DNA from: Monocercomonoides exilis PA203
Taxonomy: Eukaryota; Protista; Preaxostyla
Direction: 5' to 3'
NCBI GenBank assembly: GCA_001643675.2
Contig: LSRY02000017.1
Span: forward strand, 1,116,001-1,180,000
Length of the DNA stretch: 64,000 nucleotides
The notes under the pieces were generated by a model that searched no databases, was not told where the DNA came from, and was given only the letters and a program-made list of their open reading frames with translations. This document shows positions 10,510 through 20,805 of this stretch, in pieces. Made by a program: the position numbers and the translations under genes. Within the stretch, counting starts at the first letter, position 1, and the number at the start of each line of letters is the position of its first letter.

Positions 10510-11764
10510 AAAGATCTGTCGATTCGTCAAAAAAAATATTTTTGCATTTTCATGTTTTATTATTCATTTTTGTTATTCATAAAATAAAATAGAGCTAAAT
10601 AATTTTTTGTAATAAATTGTTTTCCAATTCTTCAAATTTTCCAAATTAATGATTCTTAAAAAAGTTTCGAAATTCATTGTCGGTCAAATTGTCAAATCAA
10701 TTTGACAGAGTCTGTATGTCGCAAAGGCATGAAAAAAGGTTTCAAACCAAATGAGCTTGTTAAACAAAAACTGATAAATTTTAATTTTTTTTTAATAAAC
10801 CTTTTTGAGGCCAATTGGAATTTTATTTTGGATTCAAATAAAGAATGCTTTTATTCTGAAATAACGTAAGTTAATATTCCACACTGAACTTTTTGTTTCA
10901 TTGCAACTTCTTGTAACAATTATTACCCTCATATCTTCAAGATTTTATAAATTCAGTCGTTGATCTGATTCATATAGATGAAAACTTCTGAAAGCATTTC
11001 TTCTTATCCCTTCCACAGATTAATTGCCTCATCTGATTACTGCCAGCTTTCATCGCCTTCAAAAAAATTTGATACAAAAAAGAAATATTCAGTTTCGTGG
11101 AAGATTGCAGTGTGATCGCATGCTATCTCCAATGGGAGCTTGGGAAAGTTGAATGGCTGATTTGAAGGCAAAGCACCAAATTGGTGAATCGGGTCTGCCT
11201 TCGATTATATGTCTAAATATTTTTGAAAAGTTCATTTTGTATAATTTTCAAATGAAATAAAAATTACAAACATAGATCAAAATTCTGTTAAGACTTACGT
11301 AACTTCGCTTAAATTGAAGTAATAACATTGTCAAGGTTTTGTTTTCATGACAGAAAATTTTCACAAATGGCAACAGAAATTTGATCGAAATATGAAATTT
11401 TACCTTTATTTGGAAATTAAACAAAACAAATTTTTCAAAAAAATTTAGACATATGGGTGATTCTTTTTGAAAAGTCGCAAATGTTTAATTTTCAAATAAA
11501 TTAAAATTTTCATATTTAACTCAAATTTTCGTTAACATACACCAAACTTCACCAACAAGGTATCTATTTCTGGATAATGCTATTTCATTCGTTCCATAGA
11601 AGAATCGTGAGTGGGAACAAAAATTTGATTAAAACAAAAAATATTTTATTTATATGAAAATTAAACATTTGCGAATTTTCAAAAAGAATTACCCATATAA
11701 CAAAAAAACTTTTCAACAAAAATTTTGTTTTCGAATTCAAAAATTTTTCATAATAATGCACATC

Positions 11765-12610
11765 CCGAAAAAAGTTATGATTTCAAAAATAATCACCCAA
11801 TTAGTCGAAGTTGTTAAACTAATTATTCATAATAGTAAAACTTTTTTTTTGAGATTGGAAAACTTATTCGAAATTCATAAAATTAAGTATTTTTATAAAA
11901 AATTATTTTGTGTAAATCGGTTTTTGGTTGAGTGTTGGAAAGTGATTAATATATTATATCATTTAATTATTTATCAAAATGATGAGAAATTGAACCTCGA
12001 ATATTATTGTTCGTGAATAAACATAAAATTTTCTAATTTTTTAGTAAAAAAATCATCATCATGGAAATAGAATAATTTTCAAACGAATTCATTTCACATC
12101 GATTAATAATGCATAATTCAACCAAGAAAAAAATTTTGAATCAATTTTTCTAACAAAATTCCAATATTTTTCACAATTTCATAAATTCATAAATGCATTT
12201 TCGGAATTCTTCTATTGTTATTTATTGTTTATCTTAAGATCTTCAATTTCAAATAACGTTTCATGATTGATTTTTTCATAATAAAACAATGTTAGGTGTA
12301 TTAATTCAAAAATTATCCGATTATCATGATGATGATTTTTTTCAGAAAAATCAGAAAATTTCATGTTTGTTGACAAATTAAAAAATTCGGGGTTCAAGTT
12401 CTCATTTTTTTAATAAATAACGAAAAAATATATAATATTTTAATCACATTCAGATATTAAGTAAAAACCAATTTTTCACAAAAAATTTTTTTTCAAAAAA
12501 TACTCAAATTTATTAATTTCGAAAAAGAAGTTAACCAATTTCGAATAATTAGTTCACCAAAATCGAATAATAAATGGTGTATTCATAAAGTTTTTTTTTT
12601 TAACTTTTCG
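11765..12610. repeat. Diverged ~850-bp fold-back palindrome (old MITE/foldback-like)
   Basis: Left AAAAAAATCATCATCATG (~12046) pairs with right CATGATGATGATTTTTTT (~12325). Left ATGAGAAATTGAACCTCGAAT (~11982) pairs with right ATTCGGGGTTCAAGTTCTCAT (~12385). Left AACTAATTATTC (~11817) pairs with right GAATAATTAGTT (~12543). The centre is near 12190. Confidence 0.8.
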
Positions 12611-12942
12611 AACCTAATTTCTAATAAAAATCATCCAATATACGATAATATTAAAAAATAAACAATTAACAAAATTTGAGCTTCCGCTATAAGTTATCAT
12701 TTGCAGAAAATTTTCTTTTTCGATCCTTTCCATTTAAATAATCAGCATTTTTTAAATAACAATTCTTAAAGTCCTCAAAAACAAAAATAAAATTAATTCA
12801 AATATATATTTTTATATGAATAGCATATGGAATATTTTATTGATGTGATCTTTCACTTTTCCATGCATTCAATTTCTCTTGAGATAAAATAATAAGGGGT
12901 GCAGGCAATTTTGATTTTCGTTTTTTTCTTCCATACACATCC

Positions 12943-15900
12943 ATGGTGAGGTGCTCCACCAGCATAAAAACTGCATTCCATTTTGCTGCATTGTTGTTGC
13001 TGGTTGCTCGCATCTGCAGTTGCAGAGGCATTGAAGAAATGCAAATTCAACAAATATGCGATGAGGAGATGCAGAAAGGCGAGATCAACATATCAGATGA
13101 AAAAGTAACGAATAGCAATAATTATCCCATTCGAAGGGAAGTGATTGGGAATGCAGCTGGCAACCGGTTGTGTTGTGCTGAAACAAGTCTTGTTATCGTC
13201 AACAGCACGTTGTGCGTGAGCCACCTCACCATGGTGCCTCTCAGCGGCTGTGCGTTTGTCACTGCCCACAAGCGCTCAGCTGCCACCATTTTCTCCTCTG
13301 CCTGCCAAATCCACACACACCACAATCACAATCACAAGCACCCCCCACTCTTCCTCTCTGCACACAGCTCTCTCTCACTCACGAACTTCTCCCTCCTTAT
13401 CCCTCAACCGGCCATCCTCTCCTCCCCCCTCTTCTCCACCCCAAATTATCTCTTCTCTTCTTCCCACTCCCCAGTCTCCACCTCCTTCTTCATCTCCCAC
13501 TCCTCTTTCTCCTCTTTCGTCTCCCTTCATCAGCCCTTCCTTTTTTCCCCTTCTTCCCCTCTCCACCCCCAAATCCACCTCAATCTCCATCTCTCAAGCA
13601 CACTCTTCTCCAATATCTCTTCTCTCTCACCACATTTAGCACAAACACCACTTTCCTCACACTCACTCACTCCATTCACCGCCACAACCACAATCACCAC
13701 AAACACCACACACCAGCACAACTCATTCACCACAACCACTGCCACCAACACCAATTCAAACACAATCCCCTTCCACTCTCTTCACTCATCAATTTCCATT
13801 CACTCAACCATCTTCATCCACACTCACAACCCAGTTGATGGTGCCATCCTCCCTTCCATCAACAGTCCATCCACTTCCCTTTCAGCCTTCAACTCTTCTT
13901 TCCTCCACCAAACTCGCTCTTTAGCAAATGCTGCTAAAGTGTATATCGGAAACGAAACTGATAGAAAAATACCAGGAAGATTGTCTGATTTTGATCTGAG
14001 CAGCCATTGCTTCGAATGGTGTGAATGGGAAGATTCAGACAGTGGAGATGATTGGGGTGGTGCGCTTCTAGTAAATTGCACAAATGCTAATCTCACAATT
14101 ACTTCTTGTTCATTCAATAAATGTTCATCCAATGGAGAAGGAGGAGCGTTATATTGTTATTTTTTGTCAAAAGTTAACATTTTAAAATCAAATTTCACAA
14201 ACTGTTCAGCATATCATGGAGGGGCAGCTGAAGTGTACGGACCGCAATCCAATTGTGTTTGGACGTTTGTAGAAAATAAAGTGGAAAGTTGCTCAATTAC
14301 AAATTGGTGTGGAACTGGTTGGTATTTTGCTCTTGGAAATACTCCAACAAACGGTCAATTCTTGTTCACCAAATGCAACTGCATTGCAAACTCGGGCTAC
14401 GATTCTTCTGGTGCTCTTACATTTCGTTATCCTCCAAATAATAAACCGAGACTATTTTTAATTAATGACTGCCTATTTATAAAAAACAAATTGAAAAATA
14501 CATCTTCATCTTATGGAGGTGCTGCAATCTACTGTAATCTAACTTTCACTTGGATGAGCGGAATGAAATTCATCACTTTTTGCTTCTTTGATGGTAATTC
14601 CGCTTCTAGTGGCAAAGGAAATGATGTGTTCTTCAGCGGAAGTGCAATCACCCAATCTCCTTTCCAGCAATGTGGTTCAACAACTCCAACAAAAAGAGTG
14701 TGGAATAATGGAACTGCTGACAACGCTGAATATAATTGCTGGCTACCAATCATCAACCAGAACAAAATCGTTGCAAATGGTGGAAATGATGTCGATGCCT
14801 GTGGCAAAACACAGCAAAGCCCATGTGCCACCGTAGAGTATGCACTCGGATGCATTGCTCCCTTCAGCGATGCCTCCCTCACTCTCCTCCTCTCCACTTT
14901 CACTCCAGCTCAGACACTCACGTTCCGTGCACCAAATACAAAAATCACAGGAAATAGCACAACTGCCACCACCATCGCCTCCAGTGGAATTCCCCAACCA
15001 ACTTATTCTTCCTCTCCATCATTTTTATCATCCTCTTCACCAGATCCATCTATCTCTTCTGCCCTCTTCGCCCAAACCCAGGGATCACTTACAGTCTCTG
15101 CCCTCGCCATCTCCCACAACTCCACAAATCAAATCACCACCATCCTCTTCCACCTCTCCGAAAACTCCCCTTCCCTCAACCTCAACACAACCACCATCAC
15201 CGGAACAACCTCCATAACAATAAAAACTCCGCTCTTCTTCCTCACTGCTGGCTCCCTCACCCTCAACCACACAGCAATCACCAGTTTCACCCTCAACAGC
15301 CAAAGCATCTTCCACCTCACCTCCCTCACAGCACCCCTCACCCTCAACTCCTCCAACATCACCCACATCACCTCCACAGCCACCCCCGCCAGCTGTGTCC
15401 TCTCCTCTGCCACTTCCCCTGCCCTCTCCCTCTCCCTCACCAACTGCACCATGACCAATATCGCCTCTCGACAGCTGAACCAAAATACTGCCACAGATGG
15501 CGGATGCATCTCATTCGCCTCATCCGCCTCTGACAATGCATTTTCGGTGAGCAACACCACCTTCTCCAGCTGCTGTGTGAGTGAGGATGCCAGCGCTGGA
15601 GGAAGAGGAGGAGGAATATATTTGGATTGCAGTTTGAATGAAGGAGGATTTCAACTTTCGTCAATATCGTTTTCTGGATGCTCGGCAACGATTGGGAAGA
15701 ACATGTTTGTAAAGAGCAGCAATCTGGTGAATACTGTGAATACAGAGCGTCTTGCAATTGTTAACACAGATTACGAGGATGATGGGAATGCATTTGTTGG
15801 GGAAGATGGGAAATATGGAGAAATGGATCTCCGAGTGTTTCTTGTTTCTTTGAAGTGGATGGTTGTGTCTGTGTCGAAGGATGGGCATGACACATTGGGA

Positions 15901-18900
15901 TGTGGGAGTGAAATATTCCCATGTCAATCGATGAAAAGTGGAATTGACCACATTGACAGAAGCGAGGCAGAAGGAGAAAGGAAAGTGAATGTGAGAGATG
16001 ATGGAACAATGGAAGATGCTTGTTTGTTTTCAAAAGCCATTGTGATTGATGGGTGTGTGAATGAGGGAGATGATGTGAAGCACAGACTTGTTCATTTTGA
16101 GGAGACTATCAAAGGGGATTCTGCATCGTCTTCATCTGTTATTTCATCAAGCAACTCGCTCATTTTGTTGTCTTTGAAGTTGCAGGTTCCAAGTCAATTT
16201 GTGTCAAACATGAATTCGTTGATTTCATCGAGTGGGATTCTTCAACTCAAAAACTGTTCCTTTGAAAATCAGTCATTAGATATCATTCAATACTCTTTGA
16301 TAACCACAACAAGTGGAAGTTGCACATTGAAAGAATGCAGTTTGACAGATTGTTCATTTGTCGAATGCCCATTGGAGATGAATTCTTCTGTTTTTATTGA
16401 AGACTGCAACTTAATAAATATTGTGAACACCGGAAGCAGTGAAGGAGGTTCAGCAAAAGTGATTTTGAAAGGGAATGAAAAACTGGAGATCAAATCGACA
16501 AATGCATCTTCTTGTTCGCTTTTAACAACAAATGGAAAAGGAGGATTCTTGTATCTTGATTGTCAAAATTGTTTGAATGAAACACCATTTCTTTTGGAAG
16601 GTGTAACATTTGAGAACAACAAAGCAGATATTGGAAAGAATATGTTCATTTTGGGAAAGGATTTCAACAGTTCTGTGACGAATGACTCATTCAAGTTTGA
16701 TTACTCATCAATGAAGGATGATAAGACTTTGTTTGTAGGAAGTGACAATTTTTATCAAGAAAAGGATTTATTCATGTTTCTGATTACATACAGCTCATTT
16801 GAGATATTTATCTCATTGAGTGGATTTGATGTGGAACGCTGTGGAAGTGAGGAAGAACCATGCTTCACAATGTGGAAAGGGATGGAAAACATGGAAAAGG
16901 GAAATGAAATGAAAACAATTCAGATTGAAGGATCAACAATTATTCGAGATTCATTCAACGTGTCCAATTATCAGATCAAAAAGAGTGTAAAGATGGGAGA
17001 AGAAGATACAAAAGCAATATTGAATATTGAAAAGGCAATTGAAACTCAGCTGGAATATTTCATGGAAAATGATAATCATCTTGAATTGACAAATATCCTA
17101 CTCCAACTGAAATCTGGATTTGACAATTCAGCCAAAACAATTATTTCAAACAAAGAAGGAGATTTAGTGATAACTGGATGTGCATTCCATTCAGAGGCTG
17201 GAGTGAACAATGGATTTGATTGTGTGTTTGTGGATGCGATTGGAGGCGGTGTGGAAGTGAATGATTTGTCGATGGAATCGTGCAATGTTGGAAACAGTAT
17301 ATTTACCATTCGCGATTCTGGAGTTGTTTGCCATTTGGTGAATGTTCGAGTGGAATTGTTGAATGAAAGTGGAGGATGCATTTTGTCAATCAAGAAATCT
17401 GAGTCAGGATCAAAATTGAAAAACAAAAATGAGAAAATAAATCTTCAAATTGAGAAATCATCATTTTCAGGAGTAAAGAGAAGTGACAATGGAGCGAGCA
17501 TTTTGGAGTCTGCGAGTGAGAATAAGATTTGTTTGGTTGTGAATGAGAGTAACATCACAGAAGACAAAGCAGATACAAGTGAAAAAGGAGGGGCGATATT
17601 CTTCACATTGGGTGCATCTGGATCAATGAAGATGATTGACTCAACAATCAGCCATTGCGGCTGCAGCGAAAGCAGGGGAAGAGGAGGAGGAGTTCATCTG
17701 GCAACAAAGGAAAGAGGAGAATTGGATTTCGCATTTGTGGGGATGAAGTTCAGTGCAAACACAGCAAGTGTGGGGAATGATATTTTCATTGAATGCTTTA
17801 ACATCACATCGCAGATCAATGAAACCCAGTTTCGATTTGATCTTCGAGAAGGCCATTACACCAGAATGAATGCGATATATGGAATTGATAGTTGTGAGCA
17901 CACAGATGATACAGATCTGATTGATTTTGTGACGATCCATCAGAGCGATACAATTGTTGTGAGCAGCGTGAATGGATCGAATGAGAGACAATGTGGAACA
18001 AGCACACTTCCATGTGCTTCGATTGATTATGGACTGATGCATCTGACTTCAGATTTCATGAGCCAAATGATTGTTATCGGAGAGAGCGTGATTGGTGAAG
18101 AGATAAATCTGAAAGAAATGGGCCTAAGTTCGAAGAACAGAGAGATGTGTGAAGTTGAATTTGAAACAGAGATTGAAAAAACAAAGGAATCTTTGATGAA
18201 AACAACTGGAACAGTTTCATTGCTGAGAGTGAACTTTGTGTTTGATCCAAATTTCATCTCTTCTCACAAATCATTGATATCTCCAGAGGGAGGGATTCTT
18301 GAAGTGATGAATTGCTCATTCGCTTCAAAACAATTGACAGAAGAAGGAAGTATTTCTTTTACTGAAATTCCATTTCACATTATTAATGTAGAAAAAGGAG
18401 AATTACAACTTGATGGATGCTCAATATCAAATCTCATTCTTCATGAATCAGCGTTATATCTTTCATCTTCTCTTCCATCAGTGATTTATTTATTAACGAT
18501 TTGCAATTCAACAATTAAAACTTCTTTGATAGATCTTAATGAATGTGGACAATTAACAATTAAAGATTTCAAAACAGAAAATATCACTGTTGAAGGAAAT
18601 GAAGAATCATTGATATCTTGCTTGACAATGAAAAAGACGATGCAGTTAACGAATTGCACAATGGGCGGAGTCAGTACAAACAATGCAAAGGGGAAATTGA
18701 TGAAATTGGAGGATTGTTTGGATGTGAAAATGGACAGTTGCATTTTCGAAGGAAATTCAAAAGAAAGAAATGAGAAGAAGTTGAATATGGAAGAAGAGAT
18801 ATGCAGATGGGATGGATCTTTAGTGGATATTGTGAAGAGTTCTGTGGTGATGAAAGACACAACAATCTCGAATTCACCAAAAGGTGGAATATCAATGAGT

Positions 18901-20805
18901 GGAGGAAATGTGATTATTGAAATGGGGTTGTTTGAGAATAATAATCCATCAATTGAAAATTATCCATCGTTGAGAAGAAATATCATTTGTTCAGATTCAG
19001 GAACATTGAATGTGATGAGTTTGAAAGGAGGAGATGGATTGGAAAGAAACACATCTCTTTGGATGCTGAATGGTGGGTGCAACTTTGAAGGGATTGTTTC
19101 AGAAAGGGATTCATCATTCTTCATTCCTGTGCTGGAAAGTGTGGAAGCAAAAGAAGAAACTGGTAGAATGAAACTGACATTCAAAGGAATGCTTCTTGTT
19201 CCATGCAATCTATCATTCGCAGTTGTGAAGCGAAAGGGAGAAGAGAAAGAGATTGAAAAACATGATTTTGATTCAAATGGGTTTTTGTCAGAAAGAGAAG
19301 CAGAAGGAAGTGCGGGAAAAGATCTCATCAACAGTTGTGGAGACGAAATAGAAGTGAGTGCATGTATTTTATTTGGGAATGCTTATTCTCCTTCATCAAC
19401 AAATCCATTTGTTCTGAAAAATGCAAGTGAAACAAAGGGAAATGGAGATGGAAGGATTGTTGAAGGAGGAAAAGATCAAAAATCATTTTGGCTGATCATT
19501 GTGATCATCATGGCAATCATTCTCATGATTGTGCTTATTGTGTCTGTTGTTTTGGCTGTTCGATGGAGAAAACAAAAGCGAAGAACAGAGGAGTTGGAAA
19601 TCGTTGTGGAAGACACAGTGAGGAAGGATCCGAAGTTGATTGAGATGACAACGATGGAGATGTCTCCCGAGGAGCAATGGCGAAGGGCGGAGAGGGAAGC
19701 TGAAAAGAAGAATGAAGAGAGGATCAAGAAGAGGGTGTATGCGAAAAGCTTGGGACACTCAGAGTCATCAGAGCATCTTCTCTCTGAGAGTGGATCAACT
19801 GAATACATTCTGGGAAGAGACTCAGATAAGATTCCTGATTGGGCATTGGAAAAGGAGGAGGAAGAGACGAGAAAGAGAACTCCATCGCCATCTATTTCAT
19901 CAACTTCATCCACTTCAACGACAGACACAGAATCCACATTTGTTCGTGGGGAGGACTTGTGTCCAACCACATCATCAATGTCGAATCTGGTGGATGCAAT
20001 GGCCTGCTCCTCGCCTCATGAGAAGCTGATTGTGGATTTAAGAGATTCATTGTTCATGCTTCTTCATGGAAGAAATGAGAAAAAAGAGATGGCAATTGGG
20101 AGTTTGCAGGAGAGGGAGCAGACAGCTTCCCAAATCCTGTTCTGGGTGGCAAATCTCGCACTTCACTCCTTTGATGAGATGGAAAATTTTCTTCAATCTC
20201 TTTCCAATCTCAGTCCTCATATTGTTCTATTCTCAGAACACATGGTCATTTGTATTGTGATGCACTCCGACTTTTCTTCAGATTCAGATTCATCCTCAAC
20301 CTCGTCATCGACCGTTGTGACATCTGCCAGTGACAATGATGATGATGATTCTCTTCCTTCATCAGCGTTTGAGGATGATGATGATTTCAAAAAAGAGTGT
20401 TTGAGGTGGAAGGCACCTGAGCTACTGATGAACAAGAAGATGGGAGCGACAAAGAAGTCGGTGGTGTTTTCGATTGGGATGATGGCGTGGGAGTGTCTGA
20501 CGCTCCAGATCCCGTTTGGGGAGTATGAGGCGGAGGTGGCGGGGCAGAAGATTGCGAATGGGGAGAGGCCTGGGCCAGAGGAGCTTGAGGGATGCGAGCT
20601 GAGCAAGGGGGTGAAAGCGTGCTTGTCGCAGAATGGAGAGGAGAGGCCAGGGCTGATGGATGTGAAGCGGGAGCTGTTTGGGCACTTCCCGGCCGGGGCT
20701 GTGATGGTCACAGTGACTGATGCGATTGGGTTGGAGGTTGGGTCGGGGGATAGAGATGGAAGTGGGGATAGTGAAGCTGAGAGTGGAGATTCGTTGATTC
20801 GATGA
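12943..20805 (+). CDS. Giant single-exon type-I membrane protein (2620 aa): signal peptide, Cys/GGA-rich repeat ectodomain (4 modules), TM, kinase-like (pseudokinase) tail
   Basis: Uninterrupted 7.8-kb ORF. N-terminal FHFAALLLLVARIC; recurrent CGxxxxPC and GGxIxL...FxxNxAxxGxxxF motifs; TM SFWLIIVIIMAIILMIVLIVSVVLAV (~19483-19560); kinase C-lobe motifs RWKAPEL, KSVVFSIGMMAWECLTLQIPF, CL...ERP. Confidence 0.9.
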   Translation: MVRCSTSIKTAFHFAALLLLVARICSCRGIEEMQIQQICDEEMQKGEINISDEKVTNSNNYPIRREVIGNAAGNRLCCAETSLVIVNSTLCVSHLTMVPLSGCAFVTAHKRSAATIFSSACQIHTHHNHNHKHPPLFLSAHSSLSLTNFSLLIPQPAILSSPLFSTPNYLFSSSHSPVSTSFFISHSSFSSFVSLHQPFLFSPSSPLHPQIHLNLHLSSTLFSNISSLSPHLAQTPLSSHSLTPFTATTTITTNTTHQHNSFTTTTATNTNSNTIPFHSLHSSISIHSTIFIHTHNPVDGAILPSINSPSTSLSAFNSSFLHQTRSLANAAKVYIGNETDRKIPGRLSDFDLSSHCFEWCEWEDSDSGDDWGGALLVNCTNANLTITSCSFNKCSSNGEGGALYCYFLSKVNILKSNFTNCSAYHGGAAEVYGPQSNCVWTFVENKVESCSITNWCGTGWYFALGNTPTNGQFLFTKCNCIANSGYDSSGALTFRYPPNNKPRLFLINDCLFIKNKLKNTSSSYGGAAIYCNLTFTWMSGMKFITFCFFDGNSASSGKGNDVFFSGSAITQSPFQQCGSTTPTKRVWNNGTADNAEYNCWLPIINQNKIVANGGNDVDACGKTQQSPCATVEYALGCIAPFSDASLTLLLSTFTPAQTLTFRAPNTKITGNSTTATTIASSGIPQPTYSSSPSFLSSSSPDPSISSALFAQTQGSLTVSALAISHNSTNQITTILFHLSENSPSLNLNTTTITGTTSITIKTPLFFLTAGSLTLNHTAITSFTLNSQSIFHLTSLTAPLTLNSSNITHITSTATPASCVLSSATSPALSLSLTNCTMTNIASRQLNQNTATDGGCISFASSASDNAFSVSNTTFSSCCVSEDASAGGRGGGIYLDCSLNEGGFQLSSISFSGCSATIGKNMFVKSSNLVNTVNTERLAIVNTDYEDDGNAFVGEDGKYGEMDLRVFLVSLKWMVVSVSKDGHDTLGCGSEIFPCQSMKSGIDHIDRSEAEGERKVNVRDDGTMEDACLFSKAIVIDGCVNEGDDVKHRLVHFEETIKGDSASSSSVISSSNSLILLSLKLQVPSQFVSNMNSLISSSGILQLKNCSFENQSLDIIQYSLITTTSGSCTLKECSLTDCSFVECPLEMNSSVFIEDCNLINIVNTGSSEGGSAKVILKGNEKLEIKSTNASSCSLLTTNGKGGFLYLDCQNCLNETPFLLEGVTFENNKADIGKNMFILGKDFNSSVTNDSFKFDYSSMKDDKTLFVGSDNFYQEKDLFMFLITYSSFEIFISLSGFDVERCGSEEEPCFTMWKGMENMEKGNEMKTIQIEGSTIIRDSFNVSNYQIKKSVKMGEEDTKAILNIEKAIETQLEYFMENDNHLELTNILLQLKSGFDNSAKTIISNKEGDLVITGCAFHSEAGVNNGFDCVFVDAIGGGVEVNDLSMESCNVGNSIFTIRDSGVVCHLVNVRVELLNESGGCILSIKKSESGSKLKNKNEKINLQIEKSSFSGVKRSDNGASILESASENKICLVVNESNITEDKADTSEKGGAIFFTLGASGSMKMIDSTISHCGCSESRGRGGGVHLATKERGELDFAFVGMKFSANTASVGNDIFIECFNITSQINETQFRFDLREGHYTRMNAIYGIDSCEHTDDTDLIDFVTIHQSDTIVVSSVNGSNERQCGTSTLPCASIDYGLMHLTSDFMSQMIVIGESVIGEEINLKEMGLSSKNREMCEVEFETEIEKTKESLMKTTGTVSLLRVNFVFDPNFISSHKSLISPEGGILEVMNCSFASKQLTEEGSISFTEIPFHIINVEKGELQLDGCSISNLILHESALYLSSSLPSVIYLLTICNSTIKTSLIDLNECGQLTIKDFKTENITVEGNEESLISCLTMKKTMQLTNCTMGGVSTNNAKGKLMKLEDCLDVKMDSCIFEGNSKERNEKKLNMEEEICRWDGSLVDIVKSSVVMKDTTISNSPKGGISMSGGNVIIEMGLFENNNPSIENYPSLRRNIICSDSGTLNVMSLKGGDGLERNTSLWMLNGGCNFEGIVSERDSSFFIPVLESVEAKEETGRMKLTFKGMLLVPCNLSFAVVKRKGEEKEIEKHDFDSNGFLSEREAEGSAGKDLINSCGDEIEVSACILFGNAYSPSSTNPFVLKNASETKGNGDGRIVEGGKDQKSFWLIIVIIMAIILMIVLIVSVVLAVRWRKQKRRTEELEIVVEDTVRKDPKLIEMTTMEMSPEEQWRRAEREAEKKNEERIKKRVYAKSLGHSESSEHLLSESGSTEYILGRDSDKIPDWALEKEEEETRKRTPSPSISSTSSTSTTDTESTFVRGEDLCPTTSSMSNLVDAMACSSPHEKLIVDLRDSLFMLLHGRNEKKEMAIGSLQEREQTASQILFWVANLALHSFDEMENFLQSLSNLSPHIVLFSEHMVICIVMHSDFSSDSDSSSTSSSTVVTSASDNDDDDSLPSSAFEDDDDFKKECLRWKAPELLMNKKMGATKKSVVFSIGMMAWECLTLQIPFGEYEAEVAGQKIANGERPGPEELEGCELSKGVKACLSQNGEERPGLMDVKRELFGHFPAGAVMVTVTDAIGLEVGSGDRDGSGDSEAESGDSLIR

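Noticed and set aside
11654-12016. 120-aa ORF and similar AT-rich ORFs (20990-21732, 62190-62935)
   Set aside because: They are F/K/I/N-biased chance ORFs overlapping repeats or intergenic DNA.
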